DNA of 62,980 nt, the filler included, from Bigelowiella natans CCMP2755 (Eukaryota > Protista > Cercozoa): NCBI GenBank assembly GCA_000320545.1. It is 6 parts of 6 records of this genome, joined end to end, with 100 filler letters (N's around TTAATTAATTAA, not from the genome) between each part and the next. Parts side by side here need not be neighbours in the genome. Positions count along the whole stretch, not along the records: positions 28,683 to 52,077 come from ADNK01002634.1; positions 52,178 to 55,685 come from ADNK01000475.1; positions 55,786 to 59,615 come from ADNK01003586.1; positions 59,716 to 60,738 come from ADNK01000668.1; positions 60,839 to 62,980 come from ADNK01000536.1; 1 more part is not named here. One strand, 5' to 3'. The translations under genes were made by a program, and so were the position numbers. Below, piece after piece: positions 50,219 to 62,980 of the stretch. How positions within the stretch are numbered: position 1 is the stretch's first letter; each line of letters starts with the position of its first letter. The notes beneath the pieces are model-generated. The model did not search any database. It saw only the letters and a list, made by a program, of their open reading frames with translations, and had not been told where the DNA came from.

Positions 50219-52077
50219 ATGTCACAGCAGCTAGAAGAACAGCAGGACTTTGGCTCGCAGGCCGTGCAAGGGCACGAGCAGAAACAGGAAAGGAAGGGCG
50301 ATACGGACGCTAAGGAAGGAGGAGGAACACCTCCACAGGCACCGCCGGGACCAGCACCCGGGATTAAGAAAGCAGATGCAGCAGCAGAGGCACTGGAGAA
50401 CTTCTACGAGGCGGACGACGAGGACGTGGCCGCCGAAAGCAAGAAGGTCGTAATGGCATTACGAGCCTTGCGACCCAGGGCGAGCAACTACGCCAAACTG
50501 AAAGTATCGATAGAATACAAGTATCAGACACATGATGTTTGGGCAGCTATCATGCAGGACATCATGGATTACGAAGCAGACTTACCTCCAGAGTGGGCAG
50601 CTTTGTTTAGGAACGACGGGGGTCTGGGCGCCTCGCGGGGGACGACCCAGAGCACCGTCAAGCAGCAGCAGCCGGTACAGCGGAACACCCAGTTCATGTC
50701 TGTTAAAACAGCACCGGTTATGATAACGAAATACAACGGGAAAAGAGGTGAGGCAAGGAGGTGGTGGAAGAACGCTAGGAGTATACTCTGCGACTTTACC
50801 CCTAACCCCACCGAAAACGACAAGCTCAAATGGCTAGCTATAATAAAGCAAGCCATGGACCTTTACGAGACAGGCAGGACCCGGATCAGGCAGCTAGAGA
50901 AAATACACACTACAGTTAGTGGGCTACGAGACGTTGAGGCGATAATGAAGGCTTTTGTAAATGAACAAGGATGCTAACTCCCTACCCCAGGCTATTAGAA
51001 AATACAGAGCAATGATGCAGCATGAGAGAGAACCTGTTAGAGACTTTGCCACGCGCTTCCAGGATATGATCGACGAACTACATGATTTTAATTACAACAC
51101 AGGTGATGATCAGGCAAGGTTTGAAGAGTTCAAGTTAAAGATAAAGGAATCCACTTACGTTACGGAGAAAGGCTACACCACGATGGAGGCAGCAGTGCAG
51201 GCTATATCCCTACGCGAGCAGGAGCAGGACCGCAAGTTTACCAGCCCTAAGGTACCTGGCATAGGAAACATTAACGCTATTAAGCCGCAGCGAGACTGGT
51301 ACAAGGACAGGGAAGGTAACCGACGTTGCGGATACTGCTCACGTAAAGGGAAACACACCGCTAAAGACTGCAGAGACAGGAAAGAAGGACGACCCAGGAT
51401 GACGATCAGGCAGCTCAACGAACACTACGAGAAGTTAAAGAGAAAGAAAGGCAGAGGACAAGGATATAACAACAGCAAATGGCAAGGCAGCAACAACGGG
51501 AAGAACAATAAATATAAGAACAAAAAGCAGAACAGTATCAATGCTATACAGCAGCAGATAAACGGAATATTAGATCACCTTAAGCAGGCGCCGACGAAGA
51601 CAGCAGTACCAGCAACGCAGGACCAAGACAAGCCCATGACCCTAGACGACATAAAGAACTTAGGAGTATGCAACATTAATGACGAAGACGCTAACAGGAC
51701 TATCAAAGTTGCTATGACCAAGGTTAAAGTTAAAGACAGCTACGGAGACTACAAGAAACTACCTGCCCTTTGGGATAGTGGCAGCATGCCGAAGTCCTTC
51801 ATAAGCCTAAGCACAGTAAGAAGGTTAGGACTATTGGATCAAGTGACTAAGAAAGAACGTAAATATGCTCAAGCAGACGGAAGCTCTTCCATGAAGACCG
51901 TCGGTGAGCTAATGCTAAAGCTACAGATACCTGGCAGCGACGCGGAGACCCAAATCAAGACCCGAGTAGCCATGACTTTATCCATGGAACTACTCCTCGG
52001 ACAGGATGCCCTAGAAAAATTAGGGGGGATCATATCATTCTAAGCTAGACGTCGAGGACCGTATCAATATGCGACTG
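50219..52077 (+). mobile_element. 5' part of a Ty3/gypsy-like LTR retrotransposon (gag, zinc knuckle, aspartic protease), cut by an assembly gap
   Basis: ORFs 50219-50977 and 50961-52043; retrotransposon gag-like QHEREPVRDFATRFQ; CGYCSRKGKHTAKDC; ALWDSGS...FIS...LLLGQDAL. Candidate LTR ~49905-50179 (TG...CA with AATAAA) and candidate PBS TGGCTTCC at 50185. Confidence 0.8.
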
Positions 52078-52354
52078 NNNNNNNNNNNNNNNNNNNNNNN
52101 NNNNNNNNNNNNNNNNNNNNNTTAATTAATTAANNNNNNNNNNNNNNNNNNNNNNNNNNNNNNNNNNNNNNNNNNNNTTTGTTCCAATGGTCCCCCAGAT
52201 CAAGGCCCCTACCCGCCCAAAAAGCGGGGGGGGGGGGTGACGGGATAGACGAGTAGTTTGCATATGATCAAAAATGCAATATTTATCCAAAGCATCACTA
52301 GTAGCGAATGTGCCCATGCACCAAACACACATACCATCGCACACACGCACGCAC

Positions 52355-52391
<37 letters not shown>

Positions 52392-52479
52392 CGCAATGCA
52401 CACTTCTGGTAGAGGGGCCGGCCTCAGACGTGTAGCGACCCAACTGCTCGGAACGACTGTGTGAACTCATCACCACCAC

Positions 52480-53007
52480 CACCACTACCACTTACTACCT
52501 GGCGTCCATAGACGTACAGCCGCACCTGTTCCATCCCAAAATCCACCTGGGGAAGTCGGCGAGACGTAGACGTAGACGTAGACGACGGCGACGACGAAGA
52601 AGAAGAAGAAGAAAATGGGGGGAGGGAGAAGGTGGGCGACGATGAAATGAGGGTGTCGGGGGAGCAGCATTCGGAGATCATGGTGATTCATGATGAAATT
52701 ACAGTCAAGAAGCTACGCAGTAGATCCCCCCCCCCCCCCCTCCCCCCCCCAACCCGTCTCCCTGCGCTTTCTTCCCACACGTCATTTTTCTGATGAGATC
52801 ATCATACCTTAATGGCGTCCGCCGTTGTTGCACGCCCAACCCTGACGTTGAGCTCCACTTCTGAGAGGTTGCGTGTATTTGTAGTGGTATAGGAGGGGGG
52901 CAGGAGGAGGAGCCATCGTGTCGCGTGTGTGTGTGTGATGATGATGATGATGATGATGATGTGTGCGAACGACCAACTGACGGTAGTTGTTGGTTGTGTA
53001 CATTGAC

Positions 53008-53083
<76 letters not shown>

Positions 53084-53155
53084 TCTTTTTTGCCCATCTC
53101 TTTTGCTGTATCTTCCAGTATTTATGTGCGTGCGGTTTGGTTGCTGTGTCCATGC

Positions 53156-53189
<34 letters not shown>

Positions 53190-53589
53190 AGTTCTTGTCT
53201 TCTTCTTCCCCCCTCCTCTTCCTGTCCTTCTTCCTCCTCTTCGTCTGGATCATCGTCTTATCCTTCTAATCTACTACTACTACACCTAATACTACTACTA
53301 CTACTGCTACTGCATCGAGACGCTCGTATAATGGACGATAACTGCTACTTCTACTACTGCTACTATTTCTCCTCCTCCTCCTCCTCCTCCTCCTCCTCCT
53401 ACTACTACTACTACCGTCGCGATTTTGGATCCACCAGAAGTGGGGACATTTCTTCTTCATCTAAGGGATGATGATAGTCGTCAATATACTACATCGTGCT
53501 GCTCCAATGTATGTAGACACGATATGATGACGATGCTGATGATGGCGATGATGATCATGGTAAATGATGGCCATATGCGTGTTGTATAA

Positions 53590-53633
<44 letters not shown>

Positions 53634-54196
53634 GTATAAAGCATACAACGGACACCTGCTCTGGGTCGGCTTTGTTTTGGTTGTTGTTGATGACTTTAAC
53701 CCCCTGAGCGGATGAGCAAACAAACACAATAACAATCTTTGCCATCAGGATTAAAAGGAAAAGAACAAGAAGAAGAAGAAGAAGAAGGAGAAGAAGGAGA
53801 AGAAGGAGAAGAAGAAGAATAGCAGAAGAACTAAAAGAAGGAGAGTACAGCTCTTTTTGTTGTTGCTGTTGTTGTTGTTGTTATTGTTGTTGTGCTTCCC
53901 GATTGGATTTTCCTCCTCCCCTCCACATCTCTCTCCCACTCTTTCTCGTTGTTTTCCCCTTCCCCCACGTATTCTTTCTTCTTGCACGCTTCGCTCGCAT
54001 GGGCGGACGAGGGGGGGGATGGAGGGGAGATTTGTGTCGTGAGTAGAAAGACCAACGAAAATCAATCAAAGAAGAGAAAGAAAGCAGTGTTTCTCATTCT
54101 CAACCTTCTCCTTCATCTTATCGGTAAATTGCTGCATTTTGACGGAGTGCTGGTAGTTTTGGAGGTAGGCTTTTCGCAGCCACGGGCTCGACTACG

Positions 54197-54228
<32 letters not shown>

Positions 54229-54503
54229 GTGATGATGATGGTGATGATGGTGATGATGATGATGGTGATGATGATAGTAGTGTTAGATGATGATGTTTGT
54301 GGCAGTCGCCGTTTCCGACCCCCTCTCCCTCTCCCGCATTGGTGATCTTTTTCTTTTTCTTTTTCTTCTTCTTTTTCTTCTTCTTCTTCTTCTTCTTCTT
54401 CTTCTTCTCACCTTGTCCATATCGGCGATCGTGAAGTTGACGTTATACATGGACGCATCGTGGGGAGCATCGCTAACGAAGTTGATATTCGCGTCGTCGT
54501 TTA

Positions 54504-54541
<38 letters not shown>

Positions 54542-55060
54542 TGCACGATAGCAGATGCGACAATGGATTGTAGTAGTAGCTCAAGCAGCCAAGGTGGGAC
54601 GCTGGACTTCATTCGAATATCTTATACAAAGGGTTCGTTCTCATCTCCACCCCCCCTTACTTCCTCTCTCTCTCTCTCTCTTTCTCTTTCTCTCCCTCTC
54701 TCCCTCCCTCCCTCCCGTGTGTGTGTTTGTGTGTGTGTATTGAGTTGCTCACAAAGCGTCACAGCCCGATGCTACCTATTACTACTACTACTGCTACTGC
54801 TACTACTGCCACTACTACTACTATTACTACGACTCCTACTCGGTCTCAAATCCTCGATTTCCTTCCTCTGACATACGTCCGACGAAGACGTCCCCTACAA
54901 AAGAGCATTGTGTGTGATAGTGGTAATGGTGGTGGTGGTGGTGGTGGTAGTAGTGAGATTGTGATGTGAAATCGCACGTGTTTCCACTACTACTAACCGT
55001 CAAAGCAATCGCCACTTCCTCTGTGTAGTTCGTCCATGACAGGGTGAGGAAAGTGGAAGA
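52480..55060 (-). CDS. Scattered small exons of an unidentified gene among microsatellite-filled introns
   Basis: Segments such as VDFGMEQVRLYVYGR (~52500-52546), NINFVSDAPHDASMYNVNFTIADMDK (~54412-54500), TFLTLSWTNYTEEVAIALT (~54998-55060). Confidence 0.35.
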
Positions 55061-55828
55061 TATTAAAAGGGGAGTACGGGGAGGGGGGGGGGGGGGGGGG
55101 GGAAGGGAAAAATGGACCAAGAGGGTTGTTATTTTTGTCTAAAGGATACACCCACCGCCGCGGACCGCCACCACGGGAGAGGGGACTAAAAAATAATCGG
55201 GGTCGAGAATTTTGATGAATGTTCATGAAAAGACTCAAGTAAAAAAAGGCATCTTGCGCGGGCCCGTAAAAAAGCGGGTCAAGAAAACCCGTCTGTCTAT
55301 CAAGATAAAAGGCGTCACCGGTGCTATCGTTCAAGAAAGCTTCACTATTTTATTTTGTTTTTCAATTTCTTTCTTGAGGAAAAAGTCCATATCGTCCCCC
55401 CCCCCCCCCCCCCCCCTTCCCCTTTTCTGGGGGGATGGGGACCTCCCGGGAAAATTTGCTAACTGAATAGCTCGATTATTGGGGGGGAGGTTTTTCAGCT
55501 TCCCGCACTCATCGAGATAAAACTATCACCCATAGGTAAAGAAGAAAAAAAATAAGAAAAATAACAAGAATACGACCCCATGGTAATATTAGGATGGGCT
55601 AAAAGGACATTCATCGACCCCCCAAGAGTTTTGCTGCCCCTTTTTCGCATCCGCCATATTCTCTTCCCCGAGCTTCCTCTACCCCNNNNNNNNNNNNNNN
55701 NNNNNNNNNNNNNNNNNNNNNNNNNNNNNTTAATTAATTAANNNNNNNNNNNNNNNNNNNNNNNNNNNNNNNNNNNNNNNNNNNNCCCCCCCGGCGAACA
55801 TCACCTACTCGCAACATCATCGGTCGCA

Positions 55829-58380
55829 TCATACACATTTTATGGGACTACTACCATCAACCCCCTCTTCCGCTGGGAGCTGTTTGATGATCTCCTCATT
55901 GAGCATCACGTCGCCAAGGGTGGCGGCGCGGCGGAACCGCTTCTTCTGAATCTTCATCATGACCGTGCGGATGTTCTTCATCTCCTTCTCGGTGGGCAGC
56001 ATGCGAACAACGCGCTCCAGCGTCTCCTCCGTGAGGTGCTTCTTGTCTGCAGCTTCGATAGCAGCCACCAGCTCCTTTTGGGGGAGGCCTATCTTTCGGA
56101 GTGGGATGGAGATGATTTGCCGCCGCGGCGCTGGGAGGACTTCCTTGTTTATTTTTCTCGGAGTCTTCTTCTTGCCCCCCCCCTTTGCACCTGGCTTGGG
56201 CGTCTTCGGGGAGATTGTGAATTTCTGAACCCATTCCTGGAAATCCTCGCCATCGTCGCCCCTGTGAGACGACGAATGGGTGTGATAAGAAAGGATCACG
56301 ACGACGGAATAACAGTAGGTTACCCCCCCCCCCCCCCCATGTTCATACGAATATTGCGACGGTTGAATCTCAAATACCTGAGTGCACGTTCTTCTTCTGA
56401 GTCTGAGGGAGGAGCCCAAACGGAGCCCTAGTATCGTAAATGAAGGGATGAGCTAGGGGTAGGGACGAAAGTAAATTGCAGGACCGGGCGAGACGCGCTC
56501 TCTGGATGAACTTCCTCTGTATGAACACGTCTATACTTCGAAGATCCGTTGTGGGTCTTGAGACCGGGAATTGCAAGAAGGCCAGGAGGGGGGGGTGGAA
56601 TGTTGCCTGGATATGTTGGTCAATGAGCAAAGTGCAGATGAAATCCCAGAAGGAAGAAAGATCAAGCACCTGACACCATCGGCGGTGGCGGCAACATCGG
56701 TGGAGGCGGCGGTACTCCAGTATTTCCACCAGTCGGGAGAGCAGATGGGGGGGGCGGGATCGTTCCTTGAGATGTCATCGCAGGAGGTGGAAGGATCGTT
56801 CCACAGGATGTTGATACAGGAGTCACCCCCACCCCTACTGCTAAGTCCCGGTTCGATGTGAAATCCCTCAGCTGAGCCTTCTGCCGCAGAGGAATTTCCG
56901 CATCACAGCTTTTGAACTCCTCGTGTAATCCCATCTGGAAAAATAATTGCACAACAGTAGTTTTCCAGAAGGGGCACAAGTTATTGAATGAAGATCGAGC
57001 TCCAAGGAAGAAACTTTCACACACAGAGGAAGGACGGCAAGAAAATCGTCTGCCCTTTCATTCGCAGGGTCTCTCTTTCTCTCCCCTTCCCCCCTAATAA
57101 AAATACGCATACTATTACTGGCGCTTCATCCCGCAAGGTGGATGTGCGGTTGGAGTAGCACGAGTTCCCCTGCCCCATGTTTGAGAAGCCAATCCGGAGA
57201 CGGGGACAGGGCGCTGCTCGTGCGGGAAGGGAATGTGTTGGGAAATACTAGCAGCCAACAAAATGCTCCTCAAAAAACAGCAAAGAACACCTCCGTTCCC
57301 GTCAGGACGACAGGCATCAACTCATGTCGTTTTGGTGAAAATAACAACACTCATTCAACTGCAGCTGCTCCGGCGAGAGAAGCTCGTACACGTGTTGGGG
57401 GAGATCAAAGCGGAAAATCGTTCTTTTTTAAGCTGCAAGTATCCAGTCGCAGCATTCGAACCAAAGGCAGAACATGAGGGAAGACTTTCTGAAGAAATAA
57501 GTCTCTGCTGGCCGGGAAGAAATCGTACGGAAATGGACGAGGATTTGTTTGGAAACGATCCTTTTTTTTTGCGCAAGCTGTTGCTCGTTGGTCTTTTCTC
57601 GAACTTCTTTTCTATTAAATCATTCTCCCGACATTGATGTGCGGACGGCAATAACGAGCTACATTTTGGGGCTGCGTCTATCAGTTTCTCTTCATTGGTT
57701 TCCTTCAGTAGAAAACAAGTAAACGTGTCTAGAACAATCTGTCGTTTAGACAAAAATCGCTCAATTTTACTTAAAGAACCTTAATCCCCGATTGTACTCT
57801 CGTGTCGTTCTGCAGGAAACCTCGTGGGAACGGGAGCTTTCCGTCATAGAAGCATCGAAAACTGGGGAAAATCGCAGAAAAACCCATGACGCTAAGGGAA
57901 ATCCGTGGCGTATGTGGAAAACCTCGGTCATACTCGCAGAAACTGTGTCTTGTGGTGAAGGGGAAACGCAGCCGTAGCTTCGGCTTCTCATCGAATCTGA
58001 TCGAAATAAATGCCCTTTGAGTTTTGAGAGAGACAAGAAAATACCTATAAAAATGGATGGAAATCCGAAGCATTTGCAGTTTTCGATAGCCTCAAATTCA
58101 GACTCCGGAAGAGCGACTGGGACCACAGAAGCGAGCTCAGCTGAACCTACCCAGAACCCGCTCGCGTGCCTACCTCTGGCAATAAACGGATAGAAGACAA
58201 TTTAAATAGTCTTTGGGGAAACTAGGATCTTCGGTGGCGGCGAATGCTGCATCGTATGTCAGGATCGCATCAGAGCCGGTGGAGGATGGGAGGAGGAAGT
58301 GTCTGTAGGTCTTCATGCAGTACTCTCGTGGCGTCCACTTTCCTCATCTTATCGACAGTCTGTCTCTTCGCTGGAAAATT
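55829..58380 (-). CDS. Formin (FH1-FH2), multi-exon, partial
   Basis: Poly-Pro FH1 (PPPAM...PPPPS...PPPPPMLPPPPM, ~56670-56800) followed by FH2-like VLPAPRRQIISIPLRKIGL...LVAAIEAADKKHLTEETLERVVRMLPTEKE. Linking the upstream ORFs at 57.3-58.4 kb is inference. Confidence 0.8.
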
Positions 58381-59179
58381 AAGGTTGGTCACCGAACACA
58401 CTAACGTTCACATGTATGTTCACATATACCATTTACATGTACGCTTGGCCCTTCTTCATTAGCAGTGCGAGTTACGATGCACTGAGAGAGGAGAGAAATT
58501 GAAAGAGAAGTTGAATGGAAGTCATTACTGGCTTAAATAATCACTATGATCTCCGTTCTTTTGTCCACAGAACCACGACACTGGAGCACTCCGTCGGTGT
58601 CTCGACTGCCCCTTCCCTTTCCGTGAAGTCCCCCCTCTCCCTGCGTAGAAGTCACCGGCAAAGGGTGAAAAGGAGAGGGATCCTGCCATCAAACGCACAA
58701 GCTGCACCCCCCCCACCTAATCTAGGCAAGAAAGCCTCGTCTTCCTCCTCGTCCTCCCTCTTTCAGTTTGGGGGCAGAAGGGACGAAGGACCCTATGAAG
58801 CTGGAAAGTAATGATAGGATGAGGGGAGATTATGGGGGGGGAGAGAAACGATATAGAATTCCTAGCCTTATGACGCTGACGGAATAATAAAATACCACAA
58901 ACAAAGAAATTTGCATAGAAGCAATAAATGGTTACATAAGAATGATTCACACCATCTGTAGGTATGATCATGAGAAAGCGGCCGAATATTATCGGAAAAG
59001 ATGGTGGTTAACGCTCTCACGAGGCTCGATGCTGGCCACCCGGTACCATAGGAAGAATGGAAAGCAAAGGGGAAGGGGAGAAGGGGGGAAGGGGGGAGGG
59101 ATGGGATCTGCTTTGGTGTGCTTGTGGAAAATTAAGTTTGATGAATATGAAGACTTCGATATATGTTTTGGTCATTGAC

Positions 59180-59223
<44 letters not shown>

Positions 59224-59846
59224 CACATAAATGTAAATATATTTGTATATTTTAAATATACGTAACATTTATACTCTTCTTAGCCTCGGGCTGTGGAGCT
59301 GGTCGACGAAAGTTTTGGACAAAAACATGGGAAAGGAAGAGGAGAACAAGGAGCTCAGGTGGTGGTGGTGGTGTGGTGGTGGCGCACATTCACAACCAAG
59401 GGAGGAGGAGGAGGGGAGGAGGAGGAGATCTCATTTTATCGCGTGTATTTTCTTATACCGTGCTCCATATTACCCCTGCCTCCCCCCCCTCTCCCCCCTC
59501 CCCCGTTGCTCCTTCTCAACTGAAGATCGAGAGAGCTGCTGGACATCATCAACGACGTCGGTCCTACTGCCATCAAGGTGCGAAGTTATAGCAGTAGTGA
59601 TAGGAGCAGTTATAGNNNNNNNNNNNNNNNNNNNNNNNNNNNNNNNNNNNNNNNNNNNNTTAATTAATTAANNNNNNNNNNNNNNNNNNNNNNNNNNNNN
59701 NNNNNNNNNNNNNNNACTACTACTATAACTTCTACTACACTACTGACCATATATTGTTGTTTTCTCGCCCTTCGTATTATCCGTCTCAGCGCTGCTCTAT
59801 GCGTTGGTGTACTTTAGATCACGCGACATCGTTTGGAAGGTTTATG

Positions 59847-59893
<47 letters not shown>

Positions 59894-60044
59894 CATATAT
59901 TTTTCTTTTCTATCATGTTATGTGTCTGTGTGTATGTGTGTGTGTGTATGTGTGTGTGTGTGTGTGTGTATTGTGTGCATTGGCGCCATCAGTCGCACAA
60001 AATGCGGTGGATAGAAGTCGATCGACAACATATATGTACAAATA

Positions 60045-60087
<43 letters not shown>

Positions 60088-60119
60088 ATAGATTTCCTAC
60101 ATCATTTTTTATTTTAAGC

Positions 60120-60281
60120 GAAGAAGTGCAAAATCTGCTCGAAATCGCAGACAAGTGGTTGTGCTCCGCGGCGGGACCCTTGCAGCAGCGCATAAGCGCG
60201 CGGCGATTGGCCCTGCTCCGCACCGCCGACTGTGTCATTTTATCAACACCAGTAACCATCATCCCACGTAAGCACACATTA

Positions 60282-60321
<40 letters not shown>

Positions 60322-60620
60322 TTCCCCGTCCTATCCCCGTGCAGATCGTAGACGCGCACCATGGCAGCATTGAGCTTCTCGGAGCCACGTGCATCATTCG
60401 CGACGGGACGCACTTCAACCAGAGGATGGCGAATATCCAGCAGCAAAAACAGCAGTACCACCGCCCCTTTCACAGGCACGGAGAGCACCAGGAGAATCAG
60501 CATCATCCTCATGATCGTCTACCACAACACAGATTGGCATCGCAGCCCTCCATAGAAGATGAAACACGAGAGTGCCAAGTCATCGTTGTAAAGCATAAAC
60601 CAGGTCGAATCGAAGCCTAA
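60120..60620 (+). CDS. Possible 3' exons of a hypothetical (perhaps SGNH-like) protein
   Basis: LALLRTAD|IVDAHHGSIELLGATCIIRDGTHFNQ across a CT-repeat intron; a DGxH motif is the only family clue. Confidence 0.25.
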
Positions 60621-61179
60621 CCTCGTGTTACCTCCCCTCCCTGCTACTTACGGAGATCATTGTCGTTTGATGAAATAGGGCCTACTTTCCAATTCTCCGT
60701 TGCCGTTCGTAGATGGACTTAAGTCTGACTCTGCTCAANNNNNNNNNNNNNNNNNNNNNNNNNNNNNNNNNNNNNNNNNNNNTTAATTAATTAANNNNNN
60801 NNNNNNNNNNNNNNNNNNNNNNNNNNNNNNNNNNNNNNCATGATGGTTTCGATGGAAAAGGTTAAGTATATGGTCCGCACAGGCCATGGGCGTCCGGCCC
60901 CCGCACAGGTTATGGCGTGTTCTGTATGGGTAGGGCTCCCCAAACTCATATAGATTTGCTCCCCCTCCCACGTGAAAGTGGGTGTAAATTTGATAAATGA
61001 GGAGAATGGATCATAATCTCATGGCCATCCTCATCACCATCATCGTCAATCATGGTTGTATTCCCCCAGTTTTTGCCCTGGCGTGGAACCCTTCGTCCGA
61101 TTGGTGCCCCTCATCTGAACATCCTTTTAACCAAGTTACCCTTTGTGGATTCCCACCGGGACCAGGTCTTGGAAAGGGA

Positions 61180-61358
61180 AAAGGGGGGGGGGGGGGGGAG
61201 GGGCTGGACGGCAGGGCCATAATAGAAGTGATAGGTGCTAACTAACTAAGTAACAAATATGAACAACAACAACAAAAATCTTCTTTCTGGTTGTGTTATG
61301 GACAGCTGAACAAACCTCCGCCATTCCTCTACGGAGCAGGTAGTATGTAATTATTTAA

Positions 61359-61392
<34 letters not shown>

Positions 61393-62083
61393 ACACTGAT
61401 GACGATGATGATGATGATGATGATGATGATACACGAATGTGTTTGCGAACGCGCGCGAGCTTGCATGCATGCGTACTTGTGAGTATATAGATCCCTCTTT
61501 TCTCCTCCCCCCCTCTCCTCATTAGGACTCTCTATGGCCTGCCTCATTTGGACGATCTCCCTCGCCTATATGACGGTGATATAACAACAAGAAGAAGGAG
61601 GAGGAGAAGATGAAGAGGAAGAGAAGAGAGCAGGAGATGACAGGATGAAGCCTAACGAAGAAGAAGACGAAGAAGAAGAAGAAGAAGAAGAAGAAGAAGA
61701 AGAAAAAGAAAAAGAAGAGGCGTTCTTGAAGTAGAAGAGGATGTGGTTCTTCCGGCATTGCAGCATGAGCTATTACTTACATATGTTATCGTCGTCCTGA
61801 TGCTACCACCTCGCTGCTCATTTCCTCCTCCACCTCCTCCTCCTCCTCCTCCTCCTCCTCCTCCCCCCTCTTCCTCCTCCTCGACGTGATATAACTGCGT
61901 CGATATACGTCGAAACTGCCAACCTCTTGTACTACTTGTTTGTATGCGCTCTGGTGTTCGTTCCAACACTCTCAGATCGCCCCCTTGATCCTCCCCTTCG
62001 CGACTCTCTACTTCTTCATCAACTACCTGGTGATGCAAGAGAGGAAGGGGGGGGGACCAAAACAAAGAGGAGATATAAAAGAC

Positions 62084-62114
<31 letters not shown>

Positions 62115-62204
62115 CGATGATGACGATGATGACGATGACGCCTCTTCCTACCACCTTTTCCTCCTCCCTCTCCTCCTCCCTCCTATTAATTATAATTCTC
62201 ATTA

Positions 62205-62237
<33 letters not shown>

Positions 62238-62276
62238 CGTCATTGTTATCGTTAATACCATCACCTTCATCGTCAC

Positions 62277-62311
<35 letters not shown>

Positions 62312-62756
62312 GGTTCAGAAGTACCAGCTGACGTGGGTACACTGCCCCGACTTCGAGACGTACGGCACGTTCTGGCCGCAGCTCATGTCAATCGCCATGG
62401 GGGGCCTGCTGCTCTCGCAAGTGGCGACTATGGCCATAATCGGGCTGAAGTTTGGGTCCTTTCAGCAGATCCTCATCTTCCCCGTTATCTTCATCACAGC
62501 GATGTGCATGTACCAGATGCAATCTACGATGGGGGAGGAGGTGATGAGAATGAGAATGATCATGATGAGAGGGGGAAGAGGGGGGGGGGGGGGGAGGGGC
62601 TGGAGGGCAGGCCCATAATAGAAGCTGATAGGTGCTATCTATCTAAGTAACAAATATGATTCAACAACAGCAAAAATCTTCTTTCTGGTTGTGTTATGGA
62701 CAGCTGAACAAACCTCCGCCATTCCTCTACGGAGCAGGTAGTATGTAATTATTTAA

Positions 62757-62790
<34 letters not shown>

Positions 62791-62980
62791 ACACTGATGA
62801 CGATGATGATGATGATGATGATGATGATACACGAATGTGTTTGCGAACGCGCGCGAGCTTGCATGCGATGCGTACTTGTGAGTATATAGATCCCTCTTTT
62901 CTCCTCCCCCCCTCTCCTCATTAGGACTCTCTGATGGCCTGCCTTCATTTGGACGATGCTCCCTCGCCTATATTGACGGT
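61180..62980 (+). repeat. ~400-bp direct duplication (61180-61576 versus 62578-62980)
   Basis: Near-identical sequence including the microsatellites, with single-base indels toward the ends. Confidence 0.8.
61890..62545 (+). CDS. OSCA/TMEM63/CSC1 (RSN1_7TM) channel, C-terminal exons
   Basis: IAPLILPFATLYFFINYLV | QKYQLTWVHCPDFETYGTFWPQ...GLLLSQVATMAIIGLK matches the family motif IAPLILPF...YF...Y...YESGG.FWP. Confidence 0.85.

Noticed and set aside
55060-55685. Homopolymer-rich segment with ORFs 54993-55334 and 55212-55466
   Set aside because: Looks like low-quality read-end sequence adjoining a gap; no recognisable product.
60839-62980. Apparent tandem duplication of the OSCA 3' region with scrambled exon order
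   Set aside because: Short contig next to a gap, with indel-rich ends and near-identical microsatellites; more likely redundant low-quality reads than a true duplication.

Overview
Eukaryotic (protist-like), intron-rich and microsatellite-rich genomic DNA. It consists of six contigs joined by artificial N-TTAATTAATTAA-N spacers. Host genes I can support: a multi-exon GLUT/SLC2-type sugar transporter, a tandem-repeat multi-TM membrane protein, an intronless SF3B6 (p14), a probable SGNH-type hydrolase, a large polycystin-1-like REJ/GPS receptor, a formin and an OSCA/TMEM63 channel fragment. Mobile DNA: a young, complete Ty1/copia element (two 625-bp LTRs with TA...TA ends) inside an intron, a 5' fragment of a Ty3/gypsy-like element, and a cluster of dead elements at about 17.9-26.3 kb (PIF/Harbinger transposase, LINE fragment, MITEs, a 2OG-Fe(II) dioxygenase and a possible SET-like gene). 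The most striking signal is that this cluster has lost almost every TpA dinucleotide. I counted about 11 by hand in about 5.9 kb, mostly in CTAG. TA appears to have become TG or CA on both strands, and expected Tyr codons read as His or Cys. This looks like a regional, repeat-directed A:T->G:C hypermutation, the reverse polarity of fungal RIP. Coordinates of spliced genes and degenerate regions are approximate because they were read by eye.
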